A DNA stretch of 64,000 nucleotides from an uncultured Flavobacteriales bacterium (GTDB lineage Bacteria; Bacteroidota; Bacteroidia; AKYH767-A; 2013-40CM-41-45). The stretch lies in assembly GCA_964595205.1 (NCBI GenBank), contig CAZQOQ010000004.1, forward strand, positions 15,277-79,276. The letters are read 5' to 3'. A model generated the notes under the pieces. That model did no database searches. It saw only the letters and a list, made by a program, of their open reading frames with translations, and had not been told where the DNA came from. Of the stretch, positions 40,655-50,004 are shown one piece after another. Position numbers and translations under genes: made by a program. Positions within the stretch are counted from its first letter, which is position 1, and each line of letters opens with the position of its first letter.

Positions 40655-42952
40655 TTAAAAAGTTATGTTGACTCCCAGCGTTGGAATCACTGGCAACTGG
40701 TAAATCTTTTCACCCGTGGTTCTGTTCACATAAAAAATATTATCGCGGTCATACACATTGGTTGCACCGGCAGAAACTTCCATCACACTTCTTTTACTCA
40801 GCAAAAACGTTCGCTGAATGGAAAGATCCAGCCGGTGGAAATAGGAGAGACGTCCTTTGTTTAAATCACCGTATTGAATTTCCAGGTTTCCGTTTTGAGG
40901 AAGTGTATTCGAGCCTACGCCATCCGGGAACTGTGTGCCTTCGTAGAATCCCTGCGTCTGTGTGAATGGAAACGGCGAACCGAAATTCCATCTTCCGTTT
41001 ACCTGCCAAAGGTCTTTCTTTCCGAATTTATAGGAAGCGACTATGTTGATGTTATGCCGCCTGTCAAAGCTTGGATCGTATTCGCCGGTCTCTGTATATC
41101 GCTTATTGAAGCCGAGTGAATAGACGAACCACAGGTATAATCGCTTATGATCATATTTCAGCGTAAGATCGGCGCCTCTCGCCAGGCCAGTCTCGATCAC
41201 ATAGTCTTTCTTCAGCGAATCGGGCTTGGAATTGTGTGCACTGTTGTCTTCATAGATCTTGTCGCGGTTCACATTTTCGAGCTGGGTAAAATCTTTGATA
41301 TATCCTTCAATATTTAATGTCAGATGGAATGGGAGATCCACTTCAAATCCGGCGATGAGATGCCTTGCCTTTTGAAGCAGCGAGGTGACATCTTCTCCCT
41401 TGAACTGATCAGGCAAATCTGTAGATCCGGAGAGGAAGCCGTAGAAAAGATTTACAACATCTCTGTCAGATGATGTCGATAACAGGTTCTGCGAATAAAA
41501 TCCTGCCGCACCTTTGATCCTGAAGTTATCGTTCAGATTATATTTAAAGCCCAGCCGGGGTTCAGCTGAAAACTCGGATAAGGATGAATAATAATTCAAA
41601 CGCAATCCCGGCTCGAGTATCAGGTCACTGATGATTTTTTTATATTTGAAAAAGGCAGCAAGCTCTGTGGTATTTTCCTGCTGTCCTTTCGGCGATCCAA
41701 GCACGTTTGTCACTTCGTAGTTCGTACGGAACCCAAGGAACTCAACTCCATACCTGAACTCATCCTTTCCTAAAAAGTAGCTGAAGGTAAGTCCGGCATT
41801 GAACCCGCTGATATCACTCGAACGTTTCCTTCCTTCGCCCTCTTCCAGGTCGATGGAATAATTCGAATATGCAAAGTTTCCATCGATCAATACAGCCGAT
41901 CCTGTCGGTACGAGGACGAAGTTGGTTCCAACGCCGGTCGACTTCCAGCCCAGGTCAGCGACATGATAGTATTTTACATCGTCGGTGAAATGAAAACCAA
42001 ACACGTTGAACTTACTTCCCTTCGCGCTGTTGAACGAAATCTTTCCGTACAGGTCGTTGAACGAGTAAGGCAAACCAAGAGAGTCGACGTAGGGATAAAA
42101 TATTTTTGAAGATTCATCGAGGTAAGAAGTTCTGCCGGTAATCAGAAAAGAAGAACTTCCATCAGCCGTCTCGCTTTCTTTTTTTAACGGTCCTTCGAGG
42201 ATAAGCTTCGACGTAAAAGTGTTGATTCCGAATTTTCCGGCCAGCCGTTTTTTATTTCCATCGCGTGTGGTTATATCCATGACGGAAGAAATCCTGTCGC
42301 CGTATTCTGCATTGAAACCGCCGGTGTACACATCGGCGCCACGGATGATATCTGCATCGACAACAGAATACAAACCGATGCTGTGAAAAGGATTGTAGAT
42401 GACCATTCCATCGAGCAGAAGTTTATTCTGAATCGGAGTACCCCCGCGGATGTACAGCTGACCTCCCTGGTCGCCGGAAAATATCACTCCCGGTATAACC
42501 TGGAGGTATTGCGCCAGGTCAGGCTCTCCGCCGACGGTGGGTATCTGTTTGATTTCCTTCGGGGTGATTTTATTCACTGAGACTCTCGTGTCTGTTTTTT
42601 TCGACTGATCCTCTGCCGAAACATCAACCGCTTTCATTTCGATCGACGATTTTTTAAGATAATATTTTTTCGTCAACAGGTCGCCGGCCTTGATCGTTAT
42701 CTCCTGCGAGAGTGTGTCAAAACCGATTGAGGTAATTGTCAGGTTATAGGTTCCCGGGGGAATCCTGCTGATCGTGAAAAAGCCGTCGAGATTGGTCTGT
42801 GCCCCAAGTGTAGTGCCCTTCAGGTAAACACTCGTATAGATCGATGGTTCGGAATTGGCTTCTTCATATACGAAACCTCGCAATTCGCCTGTTTGTCCGA
42901 AACCCGTCAAAGAAACCGAACAGAGAAACAATAATAAAATTCTGAATTTCAT
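40655..42952 (-). CDS. TonB-dependent receptor with an N-terminal carboxypeptidase-regulatory-like domain.
   Basis: It has a signal peptide, a CarbopepD_reg-like segment GELRGFVYEE...TNLDGFFTISRIPPGTYNL, a plug, and a C-terminal barrel ending in a terminal F. Confidence 0.85.
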   Translation of the reverse strand: MKFRILLLFLCSVSLTGFGQTGELRGFVYEEANSEPSIYTSVYLKGTTLGAQTNLDGFFTISRIPPGTYNLTITSIGFDTLSQEITIKAGDLLTKKYYLKKSSIEMKAVDVSAEDQSKKTDTRVSVNKITPKEIKQIPTVGGEPDLAQYLQVIPGVIFSGDQGGQLYIRGGTPIQNKLLLDGMVIYNPFHSIGLYSVVDADIIRGADVYTGGFNAEYGDRISSVMDITTRDGNKKRLAGKFGINTFTSKLILEGPLKKESETADGSSSFLITGRTSYLDESSKIFYPYVDSLGLPYSFNDLYGKISFNSAKGSKFNVFGFHFTDDVKYYHVADLGWKSTGVGTNFVLVPTGSAVLIDGNFAYSNYSIDLEEGEGRKRSSDISGFNAGLTFSYFLGKDEFRYGVEFLGFRTNYEVTNVLGSPKGQQENTTELAAFFKYKKIISDLILEPGLRLNYYSSLSEFSAEPRLGFKYNLNDNFRIKGAAGFYSQNLLSTSSDRDVVNLFYGFLSGSTDLPDQFKGEDVTSLLQKARHLIAGFEVDLPFHLTLNIEGYIKDFTQLENVNRDKIYEDNSAHNSKPDSLKKDYVIETGLARGADLTLKYDHKRLYLWFVYSLGFNKRYTETGEYDPSFDRRHNINIVASYKFGKKDLWQVNGRWNFGSPFPFTQTQGFYEGTQFPDGVGSNTLPQNGNLEIQYGDLNKGRLSYFHRLDLSIQRTFLLSKRSVMEVSAGATNVYDRDNIFYVNRTTGEKIYQLPVIPTLGVNITF

Positions 42953-42973
42953 AAAATGATAAGGGTCCGCAAA

Positions 42974-42993
42974 TGTAACAGATAGTTGTTACA
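42974..42993. promoter_or_regulatory. Perfect 7-6-7 palindrome TGTAACA-gatagt-TGTTACA, located 5' of the TonB-dependent receptor gene and 3' of the EVE gene.
   Basis: Read directly. It could be an operator or a short terminator stem. Confidence 0.3.
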
Positions 42994-43046
42994 GGTCAAG
43001 TTAAAAATGATTTAACAATTTATTTTTTAATCATTTCAAAAAAGAA

Positions 43047-43454
43047 TCATGACTGCGACATTTCGAGTATGGTATTGTATTCGTCTTCCGTAACGGGCAT
43101 GACTGATAGCCTGCTGATTTTAATGAGGAGCATATCTTTCAGCTTTTTGTTTTTCTTAATTTCCGATAGCGAAACAGGTTTTTTTAATTCCTTCCCTGCT
43201 TTTACGCCAACGCTGATCCAGGCATCATCTTTCGTTGTAGGATCCTGGTAAAATTCTCTGGAAACAACAGCCAGTCCCCTGATCTCAGATTCTCCGCCGC
43301 TATGGTAAACCAGGATTTTATCACCCTTCTTCATCCCTCTTAAGTGCAGCCGGGCAGCATAGTTTCGTATCCCGTCCCAGCTCGTCTCGCCATCTTTTTT
43401 GAGGTCGTCCCAGCTATAGGTGTCGGGGTCAGTCTTGATCAGCCAGTAAAGCAT
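43047..43454 (-). CDS. EVE (PUA-like) domain protein.
   Basis: The N-terminus MLYWLIKTDPDTYSWDDL...WDGIRNYAARLHLRGMKKGDKILVYHSG is typical of the EVE/DUF55 fold. Confidence 0.75.
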   Translation of the reverse strand: MLYWLIKTDPDTYSWDDLKKDGETSWDGIRNYAARLHLRGMKKGDKILVYHSGGESEIRGLAVVSREFYQDPTTKDDAWISVGVKAGKELKKPVSLSEIKKNKKLKDMLLIKISRLSVMPVTEDEYNTILEMSQS

Positions 43455-43499
43455 AAAACCTTCTTTTAATTTTTTTGGAGTGTTTGTCGGCAGATTCGA

Positions 43500-44540
43500 T
43501 TAATGAAGGATTCTGTAAACAAGCTCTTTCATCAATTCTCCTTCTCCTGTGCTGAAATTGTTTACGCCTTTTGATCTCAGGTCATAGTCACCGATGAGGC
43601 CGATATTTCTGATGCAGTGTTCAGCTGAATATTCTTTTGCTGCCCTGATGTAATCACTGAGGAAGTAAGGGTTGATACCAAGAACGCTCGCCGCATTGTT
43701 AGTGGATCGGTCTTCCAGCTTATGATAGGTGAGGATCTTCAGAAAATAAGTGTACAATTGAGGGATGGTCATGACCATCGGATTGTTTTTTGGATTGGAG
43801 GCGAAATAATTTACGATCCGGAATGCCTTCAGAGAATTCCTGCTGCCGAGAGCCTTCTGCAGTTCGAAAATATTGAAGTCTTTGCTCACACCAATATTTT
43901 CCTCTACAATCTCGGGAGTGATTTCCTGTCCGGGTTTCAGATTGAGTTTCAGCTTATCCAGTTCATTCGTGATTTTTGTAAGGTCATTTCCCAGATTTTC
44001 TGCAAGCATCTGCAGTGCTTTGGGATTGATTTTAACTCCGATGCCCTGTGCATGCTTTCCAATCCATGCCGGAAGCTGATCGTCATAGATCTTTTTTGAT
44101 TCAAATAATACGGACGACTTGTCGAGGATCTTTGCAACCTTTGTACGCTTATCGATCTTATTGTATTTATAACAGAATACCAGCAGGGTTGTCGGCGTGG
44201 GTCTCATCAGGTACTCGACGAAAGGGTCTCTGTCGTCCTTCTGCTTTGAATCTTCTTTCGACTTAGTAAATAGCGATTTCATATCCTGCGCCTCCTTTAC
44301 GATGATGACCTGGTAATTACTCATCATCGGGTAACGACGGGCATAACTGATCAGCGTGAGTAAATCGATCTCCCTGCCATACACTACTGTCTGGTTAAAT
44401 TCCTTCTCGCTTTCGCTGAGAACATGTTTTTCGATGTAATCCGAAACCTGGTCGATGTAATAAGGTTCTTCGCCCTGTAAAAAATAAACGGGATGATAAA
44501 TTTTTTTCTTCAGGTCGTTAAATATCTGTTCAATCGTCAT
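43500..44540 (-). CDS. holA: DNA polymerase III subunit delta.
   Basis: The N-terminus HPVYFLQGEEPYYIDQVSDYIE is a delta-subunit pattern, and the length is 346 aa. Confidence 0.75.
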   Translation of the reverse strand: MTIEQIFNDLKKKIYHPVYFLQGEEPYYIDQVSDYIEKHVLSESEKEFNQTVVYGREIDLLTLISYARRYPMMSNYQVIIVKEAQDMKSLFTKSKEDSKQKDDRDPFVEYLMRPTPTTLLVFCYKYNKIDKRTKVAKILDKSSVLFESKKIYDDQLPAWIGKHAQGIGVKINPKALQMLAENLGNDLTKITNELDKLKLNLKPGQEITPEIVEENIGVSKDFNIFELQKALGSRNSLKAFRIVNYFASNPKNNPMVMTIPQLYTYFLKILTYHKLEDRSTNNAASVLGINPYFLSDYIRAAKEYSAEHCIRNIGLIGDYDLRSKGVNNFSTGEGELMKELVYRILH

Positions 44541-44545
44541 GTGAT

Positions 44546-45316
44546 TTAAAAACGAAGATGTTTGACTGTAAGTCCATTGTTGATTAATTCTTTCAGGGAA
44601 TCAATTCCTATCGACAGATGTCGTTCCACAAATTTTTCGGTCACTTTCTTATCACTCTCTGCCGTCTTGACGCCTGCGGAAATCATCGGCTGATCGGAAA
44701 CGAGAAGCAATGCACCGGTAGGTATCTTATTTGCAAAACCTGCGATGAAGATGGTTGCCGTCTCCATGTCGATGGCCATCGTGCGTGTCAACTGAAGATA
44801 CTTTTTAAACTCTTTGTCATGTTCCCACACTCTCCTGTTTGTCGTAAGCACGGTTCCTGTCCAGTAATCGCTGTCGTGATTCCTGATCGTAGTCGATACC
44901 GCTTTCTGCAGGTTGAAGGCAGGTAGTGCCGGAACTTCCGGAGGAAAATAATCATTGGAAGTTCCTTCGTGCCTCAAGGCTGCAATTGGCAGGATAAGAT
45001 CACCAAGGTTGTTTTTCTTTTTCAGTCCGCCGCACTTGCCAAGAAACAGGGCCGCTTTAGGCTGAATGGCCGAAAGCAGATCCATGATCAGTGCTGCATT
45101 GGGACTGCCGATACCGAAGTTGATGATTGTCATTCCCATATGAGTGGCATTGGGCATGGGTTTGTCGAGGCCATTCACCGGGACGTTGTTCCATTCCGAA
45201 AAGAGTCGGACGTAATTGTTGAAGTTGGTTAGCAGAATATATTGACCGAAATCGCTCAATGCTGTTCCGGTATACCTGGGAAGCCAGTTTTCAACTATTT
45301 CTTTTTTACTGTTCAT
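44546..45316 (-). CDS. amn: AMP nucleosidase-like protein (PNP_UDP_1 phosphorylase-fold catalytic domain, short Bacteroidota form).
   Basis: The motifs IVENWLPRYTG, ALFLGKCGGL and AIDMETATIF are present. Confidence 0.65.
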   Translation of the reverse strand: MNSKKEIVENWLPRYTGTALSDFGQYILLTNFNNYVRLFSEWNNVPVNGLDKPMPNATHMGMTIINFGIGSPNAALIMDLLSAIQPKAALFLGKCGGLKKKNNLGDLILPIAALRHEGTSNDYFPPEVPALPAFNLQKAVSTTIRNHDSDYWTGTVLTTNRRVWEHDKEFKKYLQLTRTMAIDMETATIFIAGFANKIPTGALLLVSDQPMISAGVKTAESDKKVTEKFVERHLSIGIDSLKELINNGLTVKHLRF

Positions 45317-45344
45317 AAAAGTACTTTCGTCTTAAAATTATCCT

Positions 45345-45815
45345 GTGAAACTGCCAAAACTTTGCTTTCCGGAGTATGAATTTAAGGTACATTCTCTTAC
45401 CCAATCCGGGCAAAGTTTAAAAATTTTCGACATTATACGGAGAAAATATGTTAGTCTGACACCCGAAGAATGGGTTCGTCAGCATTTACTTCATTTTCTG
45501 GTGAAAGAACGCAAGTTTCCTCAAACATTGATAAGTGTTGAAAAAAAAGTGCTTGTAAATAACCTCCTAAAAAGAACCGATGTTGTCGTCTATTCGGTTG
45601 ATTTGAAACCACTCATGATTGCCGAATGCAAGGCTCCTTCAGTTACGCTCTCTCAATCTGTTTTTGACCAGACGGCAAGGTATAATATGACATTAGGGGT
45701 TAATTTTTTTCTGGTAACTAACGGACTTGAATACCGGTTTTGCCTGATCGATCATGAAAAAAAAACATACAAATTTTTGGAAGAAGTCCCGTTTTATAAT
45801 GAAATTGAAAGATGA
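45345..45815 (+). CDS. Standalone HsdR_N (type I restriction enzyme R N-terminal, PD-(D/E)xK nuclease fold) domain protein.
   Basis: The 156-aa protein has a D...(I)AECK core, TDVVVYSVD...LMIAECKAP. Confidence 0.65.
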   Translation: MKLPKLCFPEYEFKVHSLTQSGQSLKIFDIIRRKYVSLTPEEWVRQHLLHFLVKERKFPQTLISVEKKVLVNNLLKRTDVVVYSVDLKPLMIAECKAPSVTLSQSVFDQTARYNMTLGVNFFLVTNGLEYRFCLIDHEKKTYKFLEEVPFYNEIER

Positions 45816-45906
45816 CCCTGTCGTGACTGACTGCAAAACAAGCCTTTGTTAATATACAAAATAGAAACTACCTTTCCGCCCAATAACCTATAACTCTCTT
45901 TAACTA

Positions 45907-48756
45907 ATGAATAAACTCTATTCCGGCCTGATTATACTGGTCTTTATTGCCATTTCCAATTTAACCTATTCATCGAATCCGTTAAATGCCACTTCTGAAA
46001 AACCATATGACGGCGCTGCATATCAGCCAGGCATAATGGTACTGAAAGTGAAACCTAACTTTCGACAGAGCTGTTTCCGGGACAAGATCCAAAACAGCAG
46101 GCTCGAAGACGCATTTTCAAAAATTTCTGCTTTCAATATAAAAAAGAAATTTCCGGGAGCTGCCGTTCCTGAAAAGGCAACAAACAAATACGGGAAGAAA
46201 CTTGTGGACCTTTCACTCATTTACGAGGTGAGTTTTTCTCCGGTGGTAAAGATGGAGGAGGCAGTCAGGTTAATTCAGGCTTCAGGTGTTGTTGAATTTG
46301 CCGAACCGCTGTTTATTCAATACATGAATTTCACACCCAACGATCCGAGTGCGAATCAGCAATATCACCTGAATAAGATCAATGCTTATAATGCATGGGA
46401 TATATGGACAGGCGACACGAATGTGGTGATTGGCATTGTAGACAGCGGAACAGACTGGGATCATCCGGATCTGCAGGCGAACATTAAATATAATTATGCC
46501 GATCCGATTGACGGTCTGGATAACGACAACGATGGCTTCACGGATAATTTCCGTGGGTGGGACGTAAGTGAAAGTGATAACAATCCGATGTGCGGAGCAA
46601 GTTCTCACGGCTCCCATGTGAGCGGTTGTGCAGATGCAGTGACCAACAATGCTGTCGGCGTTGCAAGCCCGGCTTACAATTGTAAATTCCTTCCCGTTAA
46701 GAGCACGCACGATGCAAGCGGATCAACGATCGATAACGGTTGGGATGGAATCGTTTATGCCGCTGATCACGGTTGCCAGATTATCAATTGTTCCTGGGGT
46801 CGAACCGGGAGTCCGAGCAATTTTGAACAAACGATTATCGATTATGCCACTGATAATAAGGATGCACTTGTAGTTGCGGCATCCGGCAATGACGCCCTCG
46901 ATGAAAAACATTATCCTTCCTCTTACGATAAAGTCACTTCCGTAAGCGCTACCAGCGCTACCGATGGTAAAGCAAGTTTTTCAAATTTCAATTCAACGGT
47001 GGATGTTAGTGCGCCAGGATCAAACATTCTTGCCACCATCATCGATGATTCATATACACGTCTCGACGGAACTTCGATGGCTTCTCCCATTGCAGCAGGT
47101 TGCGCTGCCATGATTAAATCAAAATTTCCTTCGTTAAATGCATATCAGGTCGGTGAGCAGTTAAGAAGCACGTGCGATTATATTTACAGCGTAAGCGGAA
47201 ATTCCGCCTACGTCGGAAAACTCGGTAAAGGAAGGGTAAATCTTTTCAAAGCCGTGACTGACAGCCTGTCTCCCGGAGTGATCTTAAAAAATTATCTTGC
47301 TGTTGATAATAATGATAACGTATTCATCCCAGGTGATACATTATCCATTCAATGCCTGTTTGAAAACCTGCTTCGTCCGACAACCAACCTGGTTTGTTCG
47401 TTAAGCACTACCAGTGCCTACGTTCAGATCCTGCAAAATACTTTTAATGCCGGAGTGATGGCAACGTTTGACACACTCTCAAATCATGTTACTCCTTACA
47501 GGGTTTTAATAAAGCAAACAGCTCCTTTAAATACGGAAGCAACGTTCCGGGTTTATCTTACCGATGGTGCATGGACTGACATTTTTGTTTTTACGATTGT
47601 TGTGAACGTGGATTACATCAATGTTGCCATAAACCAGGTTGCAACCAGCATTACCAGCAAGGGACTTATCGGCTATAACCAGACCGGGCAAAACCAGGGC
47701 CTTGGATTTACCTATCAAAACGGATCTTCTATTCTTTACGATATGGGACTGATGGTGGGCGCATCCGGAACACAGGTATCAGACAATGTCAGAAATGAAT
47801 CCGGCAATGATGAAGACTTCGCTCCTTACATCAACGTGACATCGCTTGAGCCGGGCGTAATTTCTGACTTCGATGTGAATGGTGTTTTCAAAGACAATGG
47901 TGTTACTTCTGCTGCCCCGATGAATCTCGTAATTAATCATCATGCATATGCATGGGTGGCTGCGCCGGATGATAAATACGTCATGGTTCAGTACATCATT
48001 AAAAACAATGGAACGTCCGCACTTACTAATTTATATGCAGGAATATTTTCTGACTGGGATGTACCTGACTATGCGAATAATAAATGTTCAACCGACCTGA
48101 CACGAAGAATGGGCTATGTCTGGAGTACCGATGTAGCAGGACTTTACGGCGGAGTAAAATTACTGAGTAATACAGGAGGGTTCATTCATAATGCCATCGA
48201 TAATACTGCGGGTAACGGTGGAATTGATATTGTAACGGGCGGTTTTGACAATTCGGAAAAATACCAGGCCATGTCAACATCACGAAATAATGCAGGCACG
48301 GCTACAACTACCGGAAACGATGTATTGAGTTCGGTTGCGACAGGTCCATTCAATCTTGCCGCAGGAGATTCCGTCGAAGTCGCTTTCGCTTTGATTGCGG
48401 GTGAAAGTTTGACCGACATTCAGGCTTCCGCCGATGCTGCACAGTATAAGTACGACTTTATTTTCTCCGGTATCACTCCAGTGGGAAAGGCCTCTGCCAA
48501 TAATCTTTACCAGAGCTATCCAAATCCTGCCAACAAAGAAGCCAGAATAGATTTTGCCATCGATAAGACCAATACTACCAGTCTTTGCATATACAACCTG
48601 TTGGGCGGGAAAGTTAAAACAGTCGTCGATGAAAAACTTTTTTCCGGAAAGTATTCTGTCACGGTCGATCTGAGTGACCTCCCTTCAGGAAATTATTTTT
48701 ATCGTATAATTTCAGGAGATTTTACAAAGACGCTCCCGTTGAATGTAGTACACTAA
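45907..48756 (+). CDS. S8 (subtilisin) family serine peptidase with a T9SS C-terminal sorting domain.
   Basis: The catalytic triad is in D-H-S order: GIVDSGTDWDHPDL, HGSHVSG, GTSMASP. There is a signal peptide, and the C-terminus is YQSYPNPANKEARIDF...NYFYRIISGDFTKTLPLNVVH. Confidence 0.9.
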   Translation: MNKLYSGLIILVFIAISNLTYSSNPLNATSEKPYDGAAYQPGIMVLKVKPNFRQSCFRDKIQNSRLEDAFSKISAFNIKKKFPGAAVPEKATNKYGKKLVDLSLIYEVSFSPVVKMEEAVRLIQASGVVEFAEPLFIQYMNFTPNDPSANQQYHLNKINAYNAWDIWTGDTNVVIGIVDSGTDWDHPDLQANIKYNYADPIDGLDNDNDGFTDNFRGWDVSESDNNPMCGASSHGSHVSGCADAVTNNAVGVASPAYNCKFLPVKSTHDASGSTIDNGWDGIVYAADHGCQIINCSWGRTGSPSNFEQTIIDYATDNKDALVVAASGNDALDEKHYPSSYDKVTSVSATSATDGKASFSNFNSTVDVSAPGSNILATIIDDSYTRLDGTSMASPIAAGCAAMIKSKFPSLNAYQVGEQLRSTCDYIYSVSGNSAYVGKLGKGRVNLFKAVTDSLSPGVILKNYLAVDNNDNVFIPGDTLSIQCLFENLLRPTTNLVCSLSTTSAYVQILQNTFNAGVMATFDTLSNHVTPYRVLIKQTAPLNTEATFRVYLTDGAWTDIFVFTIVVNVDYINVAINQVATSITSKGLIGYNQTGQNQGLGFTYQNGSSILYDMGLMVGASGTQVSDNVRNESGNDEDFAPYINVTSLEPGVISDFDVNGVFKDNGVTSAAPMNLVINHHAYAWVAAPDDKYVMVQYIIKNNGTSALTNLYAGIFSDWDVPDYANNKCSTDLTRRMGYVWSTDVAGLYGGVKLLSNTGGFIHNAIDNTAGNGGIDIVTGGFDNSEKYQAMSTSRNNAGTATTTGNDVLSSVATGPFNLAAGDSVEVAFALIAGESLTDIQASADAAQYKYDFIFSGITPVGKASANNLYQSYPNPANKEARIDFAIDKTNTTSLCIYNLLGGKVKTVVDEKLFSGKYSVTVDLSDLPSGNYFYRIISGDFTKTLPLNVVH

Positions 48757-48882
48757 TCATCGGAAGCCACTATTTATTACTGAGGACAGGACCATGTGAA
48801 TGGCAGAAAAGTTTCAAAAGATAAAAAACATCTTCAGGAATATTTCTCTCTTTTTTGATAGTTGATATTATTCATTAATAAG

Positions 48883-48911
48883 AAAAGCCTGAATTTAATT
48901 CGGGCTTTTTT
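48883..48911 (+). terminator. Rho-independent terminator of the S8 peptidase gene.
   Basis: The sequence is aaaagcctgaatttaattcgggcttttttt, a stem agcc(c)g/cgggct followed by a T-run. Confidence 0.65.
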
Positions 48912-49455
48912 TGTCAACTATAATTTACTCTCTTATTAAATCATCCCTGCGAAACACTGCGCATGACTCTGCAAACTCTGCAGTTAATAAAGATTTGAAT
49001 ATATTGCTTTGTGTATCCGCCCAGGAATAACAGGTAGTTGAAGCAGTCGTTCAATTGCAGATATTTCGATGATACATACATTCTGCCCCGGGGGCGCCGG
49101 GCGAAGTCGCCGTGCCCTGTTTGTTCCTGTTTTTTCAATCCGGTAAATTCATTGGAAAATAAAAATAGCTGACGCCATGCATGTGACCCCTTCTTTTCCC
49201 CACATGCATGACTATCCGCCGGCTGGCGGACAGCAGATCAAATACACGAAGGACCAAATTCCTAAAAAGAGTTCCAACCGCAAATATGGTGTTTCTTATG
49301 TTGCACGCGATGCAGCTGTAAATCCGGCCTCATCTGAACTGAGTTAAAGAATTGATATCCTGATTTTATTAATCACAATACGGTTAAGAAGCCTTATTCT
49401 GAGATTCACATGCCCTTCCATTTGAAATATAGTCCCGCACTTTGTATAATTTATT

Positions 49456-49463
49456 TATCTTTG
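49456..49463 (+). promoter_or_regulatory. Candidate Bacteroidota-type -7 promoter element (TAnnTTTG), 19 nt upstream of the ATG at 49483.
   Basis: The sequence is TATCTTTG. The Bacteroidota sigma-A -7 consensus is TAnnTTTG. Confidence 0.3.
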
Positions 49464-49482
49464 TTCGGGAAAAATCACAGTT

Positions 49483-50004
49483 ATGCAATTCAAAGAAATA
49501 ATATCGGTTCCCGGAATGAACGGGCTTTTTAAAATCATTGCAAATAATAAAAATGGTTTTATCGTAGAATCACTTTCGGACGGAAAACGCACGATGATAA
49601 GTGCCAACCAGCGCATCATGACGCTTTCCGATATTTCCGTTTACACAAAGGACGGCGAGATGCCTTTGCGTGAGGTGTTTAAAAAAACACGTGAAGTAAG
49701 CGGTAACAAACTGGAAGTTGATCCTAAAGACGATCCAAAAAAATTAAGAGAGTATTTCAAAAAAATTGTTCCGGAATTTGATGAAGAAAAGGTCTATTCT
49801 TCAGACATAAAAAAGATGCTGACCTGGTTCGATGTGCTGAAAGATAAAATTGATTTTTCAGTGGAAGATAAAACGGAAGACGACGATGGCAAGCCGTTGA
49901 TCCCGACCGAGCATGAAAAGCATGTTCCTAAGATTCATGAAGCTCACGGACCCAAAGCAGAAAATGCAAAAGCCACCACGGCACGTACACGTAAAAAAGT
50001 TTAA
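49483..50004 (+). CDS. Conserved hypothetical protein (DUF-type), Lys/Asp/Glu-rich C-terminus. It is translationally coupled to the M3 peptidase.
   Basis: Its stop overlaps the start of the next gene (TAATG). I found no catalytic motif. Confidence 0.5.
   Translation: MQFKEIISVPGMNGLFKIIANNKNGFIVESLSDGKRTMISANQRIMTLSDISVYTKDGEMPLREVFKKTREVSGNKLEVDPKDDPKKLREYFKKIVPEFDEEKVYSSDIKKMLTWFDVLKDKIDFSVEDKTEDDDGKPLIPTEHEKHVPKIHEAHGPKAENAKATTARTRKKV

Noticed and set aside
48941-49138. A 65-aa minus-strand ORF in the long intergenic region.
   Set aside because: I saw no plausible start context, and it overlaps the GC-rich hairpin cluster. It is more likely non-coding.
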